DNA of 64,000 nucleotides from Octopus vulgaris (taxonomy: Eukaryota). Positions 50,922-64,000 of this stretch are shown piece after piece. The stretch covers positions 36,890,001 through 36,954,000 of the forward strand of contig OX597816.1 in the NCBI GenBank assembly GCA_951406725.2. Reading direction: 5' to 3'. A program made the translations under genes and the position numbers. Under the pieces are notes generated by a model, which was given only the letters and a program-made list of their open reading frames with translations, had not been told where the DNA came from and searched no databases. Position 1 is the first letter of the stretch. Each line of letters opens with the position of its first letter.

Positions 50922-51780
50922 CCTGGGTCTATTTGCTGTGGTGGTGGTCTGGTATATAGTGGGTAGTCCCACCTGCGGGCTTGGGTTTGATGAAGCCAGG
51001 TCAGCTGCTGTACAATCTTTTGTGCCATGCACAAAAAAGATTGTTGCTCAGCAGCTGCCCTTTCGACAACATCATGTTGGCGGTTTGTGGCACGCACAAC
51101 ATCTGCGTACCTCCGCTTTGGGGCAAGTGGTGCGTGGTCCATCCCTTTTCCTTGTGTTGATGGTTTGTCCATCTGCCTTGTGTCTCTGTGGCAGGGTCCC
51201 CGATGTGCAAAGCGGCAGCCTGCACCTTCCTTTCCATGCCAGCAGGAACCTCTCAGGTAGAACCTACACACCTGTGTGCGCTGTCCGTTTCCATCTTTTG
51301 CGGTTCCACTTCTATTCCTGGTTTTTTCACCCTTTGGTCCTGCTTGAGCTTTTCCTTTAGCTCTACCAGCCCTTCTTTTAGTTCTTCCTCCTCCTCTACC
51401 TCTTCACCGGGTTCTCCGTCTCCATGGCCTTTGCTGCCGGTTGGAGAACTTGCACCTGGGTTCACTTCCCGGGCAGGTTTCTCATTCAAAACCTCCTCCC
51501 GGGCATCCACCAGGTGGGGGTGACTTCTTTCATCGTCTCCATTCTTGTCATCTTTGCCTCGCTCGTTCTCAAAGATGGCATCAAGTGCGCCAATGTGCGA
51601 CCGTACAAGCGCATATGAGCGCACGAATTCCCGTCTCTTTCGCTCCATCTGAGCCGCTGTCCTCTTGTAGCCTCTGCTCTTCAGCGCAGCCGCAATCACC
51701 TCGCTAGGGCTATCTCCGCCGGCGCACTCCCATGCTTGTACGAATAAATCCAGCTCGTCAGGTCTCCATGCTCTGGACAT
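50873..51780 (-). pseudogene. LINE ORF1: Myb/SANT-like domain, acidic linker, CCCH zinc finger; one frameshift
   Basis: WRPDELDLFVQAW..IAAALKSRGYKRTAAQMERK; C-x7-C-x8-C-x3-H (CRFYLRGSCWHGKEGAGCRFAH); frame change near 51275. Confidence 0.75.
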
Positions 51781-51837
51781 GCTGGATGATCTGTCTATTT
51801 GTTTATCTATTTAACTATGTTCGAGAGAAGACAAGAA

Positions 51838-52520
51838 GATATTTAATCTTAAGGCTAATTATGGGATAGAGTATTATTAATATTAACAATATTAAAGTTT
51901 GTGGGTAAAAACGTTATTTAATCTTAGGCTAATTAGGAGATAGAGTATCTGAAAATATGTTAACAATATTACAATTATATTAAAGTGTGGGTAATAATCG
52001 TTATTTAATCTTGGGGCTAATTAGAAGGTAGAGTATTCAAAAATATATTAAAGTGTGGGTGAAAAAGTGAAAGTGTGGGTAAAAACGTTATTTAATCTTA
52101 AGGCTAATTAGAGGATAGAGTATCTGAAAATATGTTAACAATATTACAATTATATTAAAGTGTGGGTAATAATCGTTATTTAATCTTGAGGCTAATTAGA
52201 AGGTAGAGCATCCAAAAATATATTAAAGTGTGGGTGAAAAAGTTAAAGTTAAAGTGTGGGTAAAACGTTATTTAATCTTAAGGCTAATTAGAGGATAGAG
52301 TATCTGAAAATATATTAACAAATATTTAAAATGTGGGTAAAAAGGCTAATTAGAAAGATATTAGAGTGTGGGTAAAAAATTAGATGTTAAAGTGTGGGTA
52401 ATAAACGTTGTTTATTCTTAAGGCTAATTAGAAGATAGAGTATCTGAAAAATTATTAACAATAAACAGTATTAAACGTTATTTAATCTTAAGGCTAATTA
52501 GAAGATGGAGTATCTGAAAG
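51838..52520. repeat. AT-rich tandem array at the LINE 5' end
   Basis: 8-9 monomers of about 70-90 bp sharing TTATTTAATCTTAAGGCTAATTAG and AAAGTGTGGGTAA; higher-order 175-180 bp dimer. Confidence 0.9.
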
Positions 52521-55500
52521 AGGTAAGAAAGAGGGGAAAGATTAGTTATCTATATAAAGTTCATGAAAGTTCACGTCCATGCATATATACGCATACATAT
52601 ATACATACACGCACACACACATACATACACGTGCACACACATACACATATACACAGACGGGGAGAGAAGGAAGGTGGAAAAAAAGAAAGAAAATGAGTGA
52701 AAATATATTAAAATATATATATATTTTAAAGTGTGAAGAAAGGGTTATTTAATTTTGAAGCCAATTTCTGCCTTCGAGACAGTTATTGAAATGTAAACAA
52801 ACAAAAAAAAAATAGCGATCGTAAACTTTAACGGAGATGTGGGCTTAGGTTATATAAAATAGGATAATAAACAAAATATGAAATAGAAGATGAAAGGGAT
52901 ACTTAATCCAACGATGTGGTCTGGATTTTTCGTGGGTTTTTTTCGTGGTAATTTTCCAGGAGATGTTTCTTTTTCCTTCTACAGTGGATTTTTTTTCACC
53001 ATGTGCGTTTTCGGTCAAAAGAAAAAAATTTTACTGTGTTTGGCTTCAGGCAAAATATATTACGTTTTTGATTAATATATTTGTAGCCGAAGTGTTGTAG
53101 TGGGCTTTAAGAGTTGAATTTGTGACTTTCAGTAGATTATTTCACCGATTTATGCACACTTTCTGCTTTTTAAACAGAGCAAAGACGATACACGACTCTC
53201 CCTGTCGGAGATATATATATATATATATATATATATACATTTAAAATGTTACGAATTTAATTAAATGGTCATGAGATTTGTAGATTGAGGATATTAATGT
53301 CTTATGAACGGCTTGCAACAATCATTGCTTTAGAGTGTAAGTAGCAGTTCTGTGAAACAAGCTAAAATTACTATATTTTGCTATTGTAAATGGTAAAAAG
53401 CGCAATATCATCTGCCAATTAGCAACATTTTGTCAGAAATCCCGATAAAAATCCGTACAACAAATTGTGGCAAATCTGTTCTCATTCATATCCATCTAAA
53501 CCATATGTAGTATCTTCAAACATGAAAGTTCCATAATTGATTTTGGAACGGTGGATCGGGAAGAATATTATTATTGAAAATAGTGTGTAAATTTTGGCTT
53601 AAAACCTCTTTGGATAGAAATTTCGAAAGCTTGTGGGAAGTGAACCCACATCTCCTGTAAAAATGACAGGCCTTCTGTCATTGGACAAAAGTAATCATAC
53701 GAATGTCTCTATCCAAGAAGAACAGGAAGTTGTTGACGTGTAGAATTTATAAACGATGTCAAATCCATAATTCTTTTTTGAACTCTGCCAATAAAAGTAG
53801 CTGCATTTTAATAATAAGTGTCGTAAGAATTTCCATTTTAGGCACATGGTCATAAATTTCAGGTAAGAATGGATATTCCATTAAAGTGATCCTAGTACTT
53901 GACAATCATGTATTGTATCAACGCTAGAAAGATAAAAAGAAAAGTTGACCTACGGTGAATCGAACTAAGAACTTACAAACCTGAAAAAAGCAAATTTGTG
54001 TTATGTTAAACAAAGGGAAGGAAATATGGATCACTTACTTTATTCCTATGGAAGAACAGGCAATCCGTCCTTCCGCCTACTTGTGGGTATTTCTGCCTAT
54101 GAGTTTTGATATTCCTTTTTTATTGATTGCCAGTGGTTATCTCTGATTCCTGGTCTCGAATTCAGTCAGAAATCTTACCTCAACTGTGTGTTTATGGATG
54201 CTGTTTTTCCTTTCTCGTTAAGCATATTTTAAAATTTTTTCATATCCTGCACCAACAAAGAAATTTTCTCCAGAATTCAAACCGCGTTAGTGAGACTGTT
54301 TATAGCTGGATTGCTGACCTTAGAATTGAAGTTAGTTTTAATGCTGGTGATTATAGTGGTGGTTACGGTGATGATAGTGGCAGTGGTGTTGGAGGTAGTA
54401 TTACTAAATCTTTCGCTGCTGTCATTAATTTTCATGTTTTTCTCGCTCTCATTTTCAGTTTTATTATGACTGTGATTGCTGTTCTTTCCTTTACTTTTGT
54501 CGTCATCATTTTTATTATTTCTGTCGCCACTGAATAATTCAGTGGTGATGTTGCGATCAGAGGTGCCACAGTCACCAGCCGCCGTTTTTGTTCCTGTTGC
54601 CATTGTTATAGTTGTTGTTGCCGTCGCTGCCATCCGATGTGGTGTCATTAGTGGTAGTGTTGATAATGATACGTCGGTTTTCTGTCATTTTTGCCATTTC
54701 GATGAGAAAAGTAGCACCAAAATTATTATTCCAAATACTGTCTTACACGTCCAGGTGCATGTCATAAATATCGACACCATGATTTGATATTTAAAAAGAA
54801 GGTATAAATTTCAGTAAAAATAACAAATTCCGAAAGAAAACCAAAACAAAACGGAACAGAACATTCGTCAGAGTTCTAGTACGTTCGGCAATCAAACAGT
54901 AGAGTGTTTAAAACACAAGTTAACAAAGAACACCTTTACGAAAGATCTAATCTTCCTGTCTGATTTACCATTACAAAGCACCAACTAATGTTAAAGGTTT
55001 GAAATTTTAGTAAAAGGCCAGCAGATTTACTGGGAATGAATCAGTCGATTGCATCAATAGAAATGCTGAACTCGTATTTATTTTATCGACTCGAAAGGCA
55101 ACGTCAATCTCAGCGGTATTTGAACTCAGAGAGTAAATAGCCAGAAGAAATACTAGTAAGCATTTAGTCCTGCGTAGAAGCGATTCTATTTGAGCACCAC
55201 CTTCCACCTACAAATAATAATACTGGAAATAAATCCATCATTTAATACATTTTTTCAGCTTTTTCTCTTCTCTACACTAAATAATATTATCTAACTTCCT
55301 ATTTGTAGATTATTAATACACAACACAGTGTTTTTATTACTAATTGGATGAGAACCACGGATCTATGTTTTCTCTTTAAATCACTGTGGTCAGTATATGT
55401 TGCAAGTGAGGTTGGTTAATAATTTAAAATCTGGTTATGATGACGTCTAGAGAAATATTGTATTTCACGTGGTAACATAAATTTTACCTGTCATACCTAG

Positions 55501-55834
55501 AAATTTTATGGTTTTCTGTACAGTTTAAGTAATAATTTGATCGGCCTGATGGCCACTCTAAATTACACCCCTTTGTTATTGATTACTATATGAACTGGTA
55601 CTCGAGCTTTCTTTGATAGGTACGTGATTCCCAGAATCCACATTTTATACTGCTCGTTTACATATATTTTATTTTATTTAGTTAGTTATATATGTGTGTG
55701 TTTGAGTGTCTGTGTGTGTGCCTGTGTGTCTGTGCCTGTGCGTGCATACAGGTGCGTATATATATATATATATGTATGTATGTATGTATGTATGGATATG
55801 CATACATACATATATATATGTATATGTATGTGTG

Positions 55835-55888
<54 letters not shown>

Positions 55889-55960
55889 ACGTATATAAGT
55901 TTCATGCACGAAATCCTAGGTTCTTTAATCAATTTGTACTTTCTGCTCATTGAAAATACA

Positions 55961-56172
55961 TACGTGGTCTGATCAATAAGTATCCGGACTGTTGCCATAC
56001 TAACGAAGCTAAAGCACAGAGAGTAAAGCCGTTAGATACAGATTGACGTTGAATTCTGGTCTGCATGCGCACTAAAATTTAACGTTCTAGTTCACTTCCG
56101 CTGTTTACAACAGTGCTTGGAAGGAAGGTGTGTAGCGTGTGATTGTCGCATTGACCATGACACAGAGAATTT
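55961..56172 (+). mobile_element. Mariner-type left end fragment
   Basis: TACGTGGTCTGATCAATAAGTATCCGGACT TIR-like start; ends just after a probable transposase ATG. Confidence 0.55.
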
Positions 56173-57336
56173 TGTTATACCAGCTCAGAAACCTACGCAA
56201 AATGTGGTGCTCCAGCATGGCTGCACTCAAATGACTTTTACAAAGAAAAGAAAAAATATATGCCTTTATTAGATAGATAGATATATATACATACATACAT
56301 ACATACATGCATGCATACATACATACATACATACATACATACATACATACATACATACATACATACATACATACATACAGCTGAAGGACAGTGAAAAAGA
56401 AAATACCTACACTGTACTATTGAAAAATCCAATCCATCACCGGAACTGTAAAAAGCTGTAATACTTTCCAGAAGTTTATCATTTAAATATATATGAGCAT
56501 GTCTAGATATGCAACTATGTGCATGAGAATACACACATAAAGCAAAATATACAAATCTGCTCATATACATACATACATACATACATACATACATACATAC
56601 ATACATACATACATACATACATGCATGCATACATACATACATACATGCAGACACATGCAAAAATGCATTTTTTATGTTGAAATTCCAAAGAAGGAGGCTT
56701 GGATCAAGTTAGAAACTGACTTTTTCTCTATTGGCAAGAAATCTTGAAATAAAACTGAACAATGCCATACATTCATACATACATACATACATACATACAT
56801 ACATACATACATACATACATACATACATACATACATACATACATACATACATACATAGGCAAATATATATGAATGAAAGAAAAGTTCCAGCGATAGTCAT
56901 AATAATTTTTTTTAACATTTTTTAAAAATTATAGATTTATCTAAGAATTTGTTGAAAAAACGACGCTAACCTAATTGCTAAGGAATTTTGCGTGTAAGTG
57001 ATTTTACAGTATATTACTTTTGGAAGACATCGTATAAGCCAAAACTTTCTATGTTGTTAATCATACAACTTTAAGTATGTTAAGCTGACAGAGTTGATAG
57101 CGCGCCGAGCAAAATGCATTACATCCGTCTTAACATTTTGAGTTGAAATTTCGCCATGGTCGACTTTGTCTTTCATCTTATCGAGAACGATGAAATAAGT
57201 AACAGTTGAGGACTGGATCGATCTGATCAACTTAATCCATTCCCCGGTATTGCTGGCCTTGAGCTAAAATTTGAAATCAGTATTATGTTTGGTAACGATC
57301 AAAATTACTAAAAACAATTTTACGATCTATATATAT

Positions 57337-57532
57337 ACACGAGTGGATGCTGAAAAATTGCTCGCTTTAATGTGTCGGGAAAGTCCAACCTTCCGAGTTC
57401 TTTTACATGGCTCAGGACTGCTGACAATAGGTGTGTGAATCTGAGAAGGGAATGTGTTGAACCGAATCATAATTAACTGATCCTCCTGTATGTTCTTTTA
57501 CCCAACGCGAGGAACTTTTCAGCACATCATCC
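57337..57532. mobile_element. Mariner-derived MITE
   Basis: Inverted ends TGCTGAAAAATTGCTCGC and GCGAGGAACTTTTCAGCA. Confidence 0.6.
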
Positions 57533-57859
57533 TCTGTGTGTGTTTGTGTGTCTGTGTGCTGAGGAAAATGAAGCAGTCAGAATTTTGGGTAATTCTTTAT
57601 TAGCGCTTTCTGTCGTTAACCGAACTCTTCATGACAAAATTTAAAACCAAAATGATAACAACGGAACGTTTTCTCGTTCTTTTATGTGAATCACATGTTT
57701 TTTGCTTTGTGTAGAAGAGGAGAACATGTTTTTGTCCTTTTCGAGAAAGAAAAGAAGATAAGGAGCAGGACAATCGAGAAGGAAAAGCAAAGTGGGGTAA
57801 AAAGAGGGACAGAGAGAGAGGGGGGTTTCCTTTTGATTTCTAAATTTCCCTGAAGTACC

Positions 57860-58750
57860 CGTAAACGCAAACAGACCTTTCGTAAAGAAGCAAAGGACGC
57901 CATACTAATACTGAAGAATGACAATCCGTCATCCTAAAAGAAGCCGATAATGGAAGGGCGATAGTAATTATGGTCAAAAGCTACTATAAAGATAAAATAT
58001 TGGAACTTCTAACAGACCAAACCTACCACAAGGAAGAACGGAGACACCCGAAAAAGGCATTAATAACTAAAATCAAAGCACTAATTACTGAATACCAAGA
58101 TTCTTTCACAGACAAGGAGAAAGATTATTTATGCAACTGTGTAAACAAAAAGTGCAACTTCTACGGATTACCCAAGACTCAGAAAAGCTACGAAAATACA
58201 GAGAGCCGTAAATGAACAGAGAACCAATACATGATTTATTGACCTCCAATTGAGACCAATTGTTGCTGGACCTCAAACCACAACGCAACAACTGAGTCAT
58301 CTTTTGGATATATTTCTCAAAACTTTGTGCCCATTAATACACAGCTATATACGGGACGGCATGGATTTCCTCTAGCACATTCCGCCCACTATCTCAGAAG
58401 TTATTATATTTACAGGCTTAGATGTCACTAATCTTTATACCAACATACCTCATACTTTGGAAGCCGTCAAACACTGGGTGGGAAAACATAGCGGACGGAT
58501 AAACGAATGCTTCAAAACTGAGTTCATTACCAAAGCCACATGCTTGGTACAAGAAGAAAACGCCTTGAGATTCGAAAATAAAACATATTTAGAGGTAAAG
58601 TGTACGGCTATGGGGACAAGGTTTGCACCTTCATAGGCTAACCTAGTCAGGGGGTACTTGGAAGAAAAGCTTTACGTGGAGGTAGAGAAAGCTTTTAATC
58701 GTGCTTGCAAAAAATACGCCATTAAAAAGTGGAAACGCTTCCTCGATGTG
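57860..58750 (+). pseudogene. PLE reverse transcriptase remnant (Naiad-like)
   Basis: KEADNGRAIVIM, FYGLPK, LRPIVAGP, SYIRD, DVTNLYTNIPH, TAMGTRFAP, WKRFLD; stops and frameshifts. Confidence 0.88.
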
Positions 58751-59844
58751 AGGGCCTACAAACATGTAATAACTTACTCAACACATTATTTACATTTGAT
58801 GGATATTATGATGATGGATGTAGAGAAAGCATTTATATTATGTCACAGTTGTTTCTGAATGCGTTTCCAATGTTAATAACATGATGCTCATCTCTTTTTA
58901 TACCAAGAAAATAAATGGTCAGATATATGGATAACATCGGGGTTTTGACATTTATTGTTCTAATAGACTCACATTACTAACACTTATCCGAAAAAATACC
59001 ACAGCCATTTTACCAGTGATTAGGAAGGGTATCTATTGTCGCTACTTGGCAAAGTAACTCGTATAGAAATTTCTATTTTGAATTATTTTATTCAAGCAAG
59101 AAAAATAAATTCTACAAAATGGTGAAAGATACTCAAAGATATATTTAAGCGGGTCCTACTTTGTTATATAATTTATATCTTATGAACTGCCTTCTAGCTA
59201 AATATACAATATACATGTTATTACAGAACACATTTATGATGTTTTATTAAATATGCATAGAGAATAGATTGAATTATAAACAGTACCGTACATAAATTGT
59301 TTTTCATATTCTGACTTTATTTTCCCAATTTATGAATGATGTACTAATATTTAGTGGTTGTTTGTGCAAAACATGGAGTTACACAGACTATGGAAATTGG
59401 CTCTGCAAATATGAAGGGATGTACATTTCCACTGGATTTTGAACTCGTTTTGTTTTCAAAATTTACCCACATGAGAATCAAAATATTTTTCTTCTACTTT
59501 TTTTCCCACCCTCGTTTCCTAAACTTAACATCTTGAAAGTTGGTGTATAAGAAAATGTTTATTTACAAATATGTTGATAGGTATACAATGAGAAAGGAAA
59601 GAGGAGAAAGAGAAGAGAAAATAGAAAAATGCTTTGTAATGAAATTTCAATGGGATGACCACACAAAATTGAAAGAAGCCTCTCTATATATATTTATTTT
59701 CCACCCCTTTACTTTTCCCATTTTTCCCATGTTCCTGCTCCCCAAAATATTATTTTTGTTTTCTTCTTCCTCTCTTGTCTGCAAAACACAATATAATTGC
59801 TAAGAAACTCCCTTCCCCCTCTCTCTCTCTCTCTCTCTCTCTTC

Positions 59845-59909
<65 letters not shown>

Positions 59910-60250
59910 TGTGTGCGCGTTTGTGTATGTGTGTCTTTTTCCCCTCTTTGCACTTTTTTCTTGGTTTTCCTGCTCCATATCTTTTATTTCTTTCTCCAAA
60001 ATAAAAACATAAAGACAGTATCTCCTCTATTAAACAAAGAAAGAAAGTATCTGATTCATAGAAAAGAACGAGGAAACGTTCTCTTTTTATCATTTTAGTT
60101 TTAATTTTTGTCATGAAGACTTCAATTAACGAACGAAAACGCTAATTATCCAAAATTCAGACTGCCTCTTTTTTCTCAATATACGATATTTGTACACCAT
60201 TTCAAACACTCTCCCTCTCATTCTCTCTCTCTCTCTCTCTTTCTCTCTAC

Positions 60251-60303
<53 letters not shown>

Positions 60304-60361
60304 TCGTTTTATACATGATATATGTTTTAGATATTGTGTATGTGCATGTATGTGTGTATAT

Positions 60362-60735
60362 TTTTATCTTTTCCATTGAATTAGTCATTGGACTGCGGCC
60401 ATGCTGGATCACCGCCTTCAAAGGTTTTAGTTGATTGAATCGGTCCCAGTACTTATTATTTTCAAGCCTGGTACCTATTTCATCGTCCACTTTTGCCGAA
60501 CCGCTTGATTAATGGCTGGTAAACAAACCAATCACTTTTGGGGAGAAACAAAAATACAACACAAATACAAATAGAAATGTGGTGGGCTTCTTTTAGTTTC
60601 CATCTACCAAATCCACTAACAGCGCTTTGGTTGGTCTCTGACTAGAGAAGACATTTGTCTACCGTGCCACACAGTGCAATTGAATCCGAGACTACATGCT
60701 GGCGAAGCGAGCTTCGTAAACACAGGCCTGCGCCT
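60362..60735 (-). mobile_element. Degenerate SINE family A
   Basis: Plus strand AGTCATTGGACTGCGGCCATGCTGG..TCCATCTACCAAATCCACT. Confidence 0.75.
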
Positions 60736-62940
60736 AAATCAGCTTTTAAGCATTGTATCGCATTGATGTATGTCATGATACTTATTTTTCCACTTTGAAT
60801 GTATGTTATGTTATCTGACTTTCATAAAAATTCTTTTTTTTTTTCTGGTTAACGTTTAATTGTTAGCGTAGATATAGGATTCTCTTATGAATGACATTTG
60901 TTTGATTTTTATAGCAGTGTCAATTCATCCGAGTAATTACTAAGAGATTTTGTTAAATACGAATTTGATTTCTCCCTATCTGACACAATTGCCACTTTAT
61001 ATTTATTACTATTATGTAAATTCATGAGTGGCTCATGAGAACTACGTGTAGATGGCTTATTATGCTTTCTTTATGCATTAAACCTCCTTGAGATAGTTTC
61101 TAAATGAAAACTATCCACGTTTTTCAAGGAATCCGTTGAGTAAACCTATGCAACGTTGTATAAATTGAATATTATTTGTATACTTAAAAGATTTCACTGA
61201 ATAATCTTGTCATTTTAAAGAAGGATTTAAGAACAAATTACAAATTGATGTAGAGAAGGACAATAAGTTGACTAGAAAAAATGTAACAGCGAATGAAATT
61301 ATATAGAAGCAAAATAATTGGATGTTGCGTAGGCACATATCCCATTCGAAATATTCATTTCAGTTCCTTAGTTCTGTATAATTGAGGAGATAGTCAATGA
61401 TATGTTCGTAAATGTATACACACTTTGTCAGAAATTAGTAGAAGACACGGGATATGTAAATGTTAACAGCGTCAATAAAATATTACTAAGTTAATCGACT
61501 TTGGAGAATTGTTGTCATAGGTAGACCATTAACTTGATAACATATATTTAAATATGAAAAGATGTGGATCGAATTTTGAATACACGTGATCATGAAATTA
61601 TAAAAAATTATACGTACATCACTGAAATTATCTGTCAAATATTATTTATCGTATAGCCAAGATACAATTTGTCGAGCGGGTTATGGGAATTTATAATCAG
61701 CGTTGATACATCGACCCAACCAACAATATTGTTATTACTAGAGTATACTTTTGGAACTATCTTCTAGCAGCCGAATTATCTAAATATTTAGAGTAACAAG
61801 CTAGAATATCATTCTGTAAAACACATGTAACGAATAATCTTGTATATTCTCCCAAGAAATCCCTTAAATACAAATAAAAATCATTATGTATTTTTAACTT
61901 TGAGAGGTGATGATTCTGAAAATGTGAGTGGGTTTGTTGATATTTAGCTATTTCTTAGATTATATAATCGATATGACAGCAGAAGATTATTGACGGAGAA
62001 CACTAGTCAAAGAAGATATAAAAGTTATATTTATCTTCTTTACTATACGTGATTATAGTTCCTACTAACCGCATTGCTGTGGTCAAGTTATGATCGATGC
62101 GTAATCCCTAGAATAAAACGGAGATCAGTAAGTACAACTCATATCTGTTTACCCATAAAATATCTTGGCAAATGAGTGAAAAATATATAGAAATGTTGCC
62201 AAATCTGGTGTATTCAGAACATGAAGACCACAGTAATTATAAAATATTTGCAAGACTAAACTTAATATAATCTTCAAGGACTGGTTATATTAGAATATGT
62301 ATTTTTGAGTAATCCTCCGTTATATTTCATACCAATACGTTTTCGTTCGGAGACAGAGTACACCACGTCAAAGAAATTTACCAGTGTCAGATAAAAAATA
62401 TCTTTGCTTTTATATGAGCTCAACTTAATATATTGCTAAACTAAAAAAAAGTTTTCACCTGTATTAGAAATAAGCAGACAGTTTGGAAAAGATGAAGTTG
62501 TCGATGTAATTATAGTTGTTTCATGTCTGTGTGCATGTAAATAACTATATTCGATAAGCGTAACACAACTTTCGACATCGTTCAATAAAACATATTATGG
62601 TGTTCAATTTAATGATATAACCGAATGTCCAATATATTGAGTGCAAAAAAATAATCTTCCATCTAAAATGTAGCAAATTATTTGTTAATGATATTTGTGC
62701 AAAAAATAAATATAGTTGTGTTTTACGAGTCGAATGTTTAATAATAATAAAAAGCAAAGGCGCGAACAAATATTTCTCAAATATCATAATATTAAATTGT
62801 TTTATGAAAAAAAGAATTATATGCCATTGTTATTGACGGACTTATAGACGTGAGCTGAACATACACAGAAAGAGATATGTATTCCATTAAAAACAGTGTG
62901 CATGTCACACGTAAACATTATACATACATACATACATACG

Positions 62941-63160
<220 letters not shown>

Positions 63161-63677
63161 ATAAATACATATAATATTTACATGTGTGTGTGTCTGTATA
63201 TGTCAGAGTGTGTGTGTGTGTGCATATATACACACACAGACATAAATATATATATATTCATATACATGTATATGCATGTACGCATATGGTTGTATGTATA
63301 ATCGAACGCCACATTTTGTAAGTGAAACAATGAAGAGTGTAATCAATATTATTTATTTACACTGAATTATTTTTTCCTGTGACTTCAGTTTCACTTCACC
63401 GCGACCACCCTGTCTTATTACAGGATAAAAGTGAGATATGAACGTATCGTTTAAAAACAGAAAGCCCGTTTCTCAACCATAGGGTTTCGTGTTCGAACCT
63501 ACTACTCGGATACTTGAACACGTATCTTCTGCTATAAACGAGGACCGACAAAATGTTTGTGAATGAAAATTGCTAGATAGAAAAATGTACGCAAGCTCGT
63601 CGGTGACAACATTCCAGTTCTTGAGAGACAGGCTGAATCTATCATCGGGTTTTACACTGTTGTTTATATTTGAACCG

Positions 63678-64000
63678 GAGGCGCAATGGCCAAGTGGTTA
63701 GGGCAGCGGACTCGCGGTCATAGGATCGTGGTTTCGATTCCCAGACCGGGCGTTGTGAGTGTTTATTGAGCGAAAACACTTAAAGGCTCCACGAGGCTCC
63801 GGCAGGGGATAGTGGTGATCCCTGCTGTACTCTTTCACCACAACTTTCTCTCACTCTTACTTCCTGTTTCTGTTGTACCTGTATTTCAAAGGGCCGGCCT
63901 TGTCACTCTCTGTGTCACGCTGAATATCCCCGAGAACTACGTTAAGGGTACACGTGTCTGTGGAGTGTTCAGCCACTTACACGTTAATTTCACGAGCAGG
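63678..64000 (+). mobile_element. SINE family C, running off the window
   Basis: tRNA-like head GGCGCAATGGCCAAGTGGTTAGG..TTCGATTCCC; body matches 7725-7850. Confidence 0.88.

Larger units (their letters stand above)
47823..52580 (-). mobile_element. Near full-length CR1-group (CR1/Crack/L2-like) LINE
   Basis: 5' tandem array, ORF1, ORF2 (APE + RT), short 3' UTR, (AAATC)n-type tail at 47823-47860; no TSD seen. Confidence 0.93.

Noticed and set aside
47846-51707. Plus-strand ORFs overlapping the LINE
   Set aside because: Antisense shadows of the GC-richer LINE ORFs with no motifs
51838-52520. CRISPR-like repeat-spacer array
   Set aside because: Spacers are themselves repeated, no cas genes, eukaryotic context
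63678-63755. tRNA genes (also near 47068, 7990 and 10452)
   Set aside because: Acceptor stems are incomplete and each continues into a repeated SINE body

Overview
Eukaryotic, AT-rich, microsatellite-dense DNA with no intact host gene recognisable. The SINE families and the (TA)n/(ATAG)n/(ATAC)n load suggest an octopus genome (inference). The window is a retroelement landscape: (1) about ten Penelope-like element (PLE) remnants with RT, GIY-YIG endonuclease and hammerhead-ribozyme (HHR) motifs; (2) a near full-length CR1-group LINE at 47.8-52.6 kb with Myb/SANT + CCCH ORF1 and 5' tandem monomers; (3) three tRNA-derived SINE families; (4) mariner remnants, MITEs, a Helitron-like element and a REL-type LINE 3' end. 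The strongest signal is a recurring architecture: sequence-unrelated fold-back elements inside (TA)n tracts, each carrying a type I hammerhead, usually at the turn-around point. The largest has 592-bp inverted arms around a GIY-YIG ORF. A Naiad-type PLE endonuclease has in-frame TGA at two conserved CxxC cysteines (candidate selenoprotein). All calls were made by eye; boundaries of degenerate elements are approximate and family names need database confirmation.
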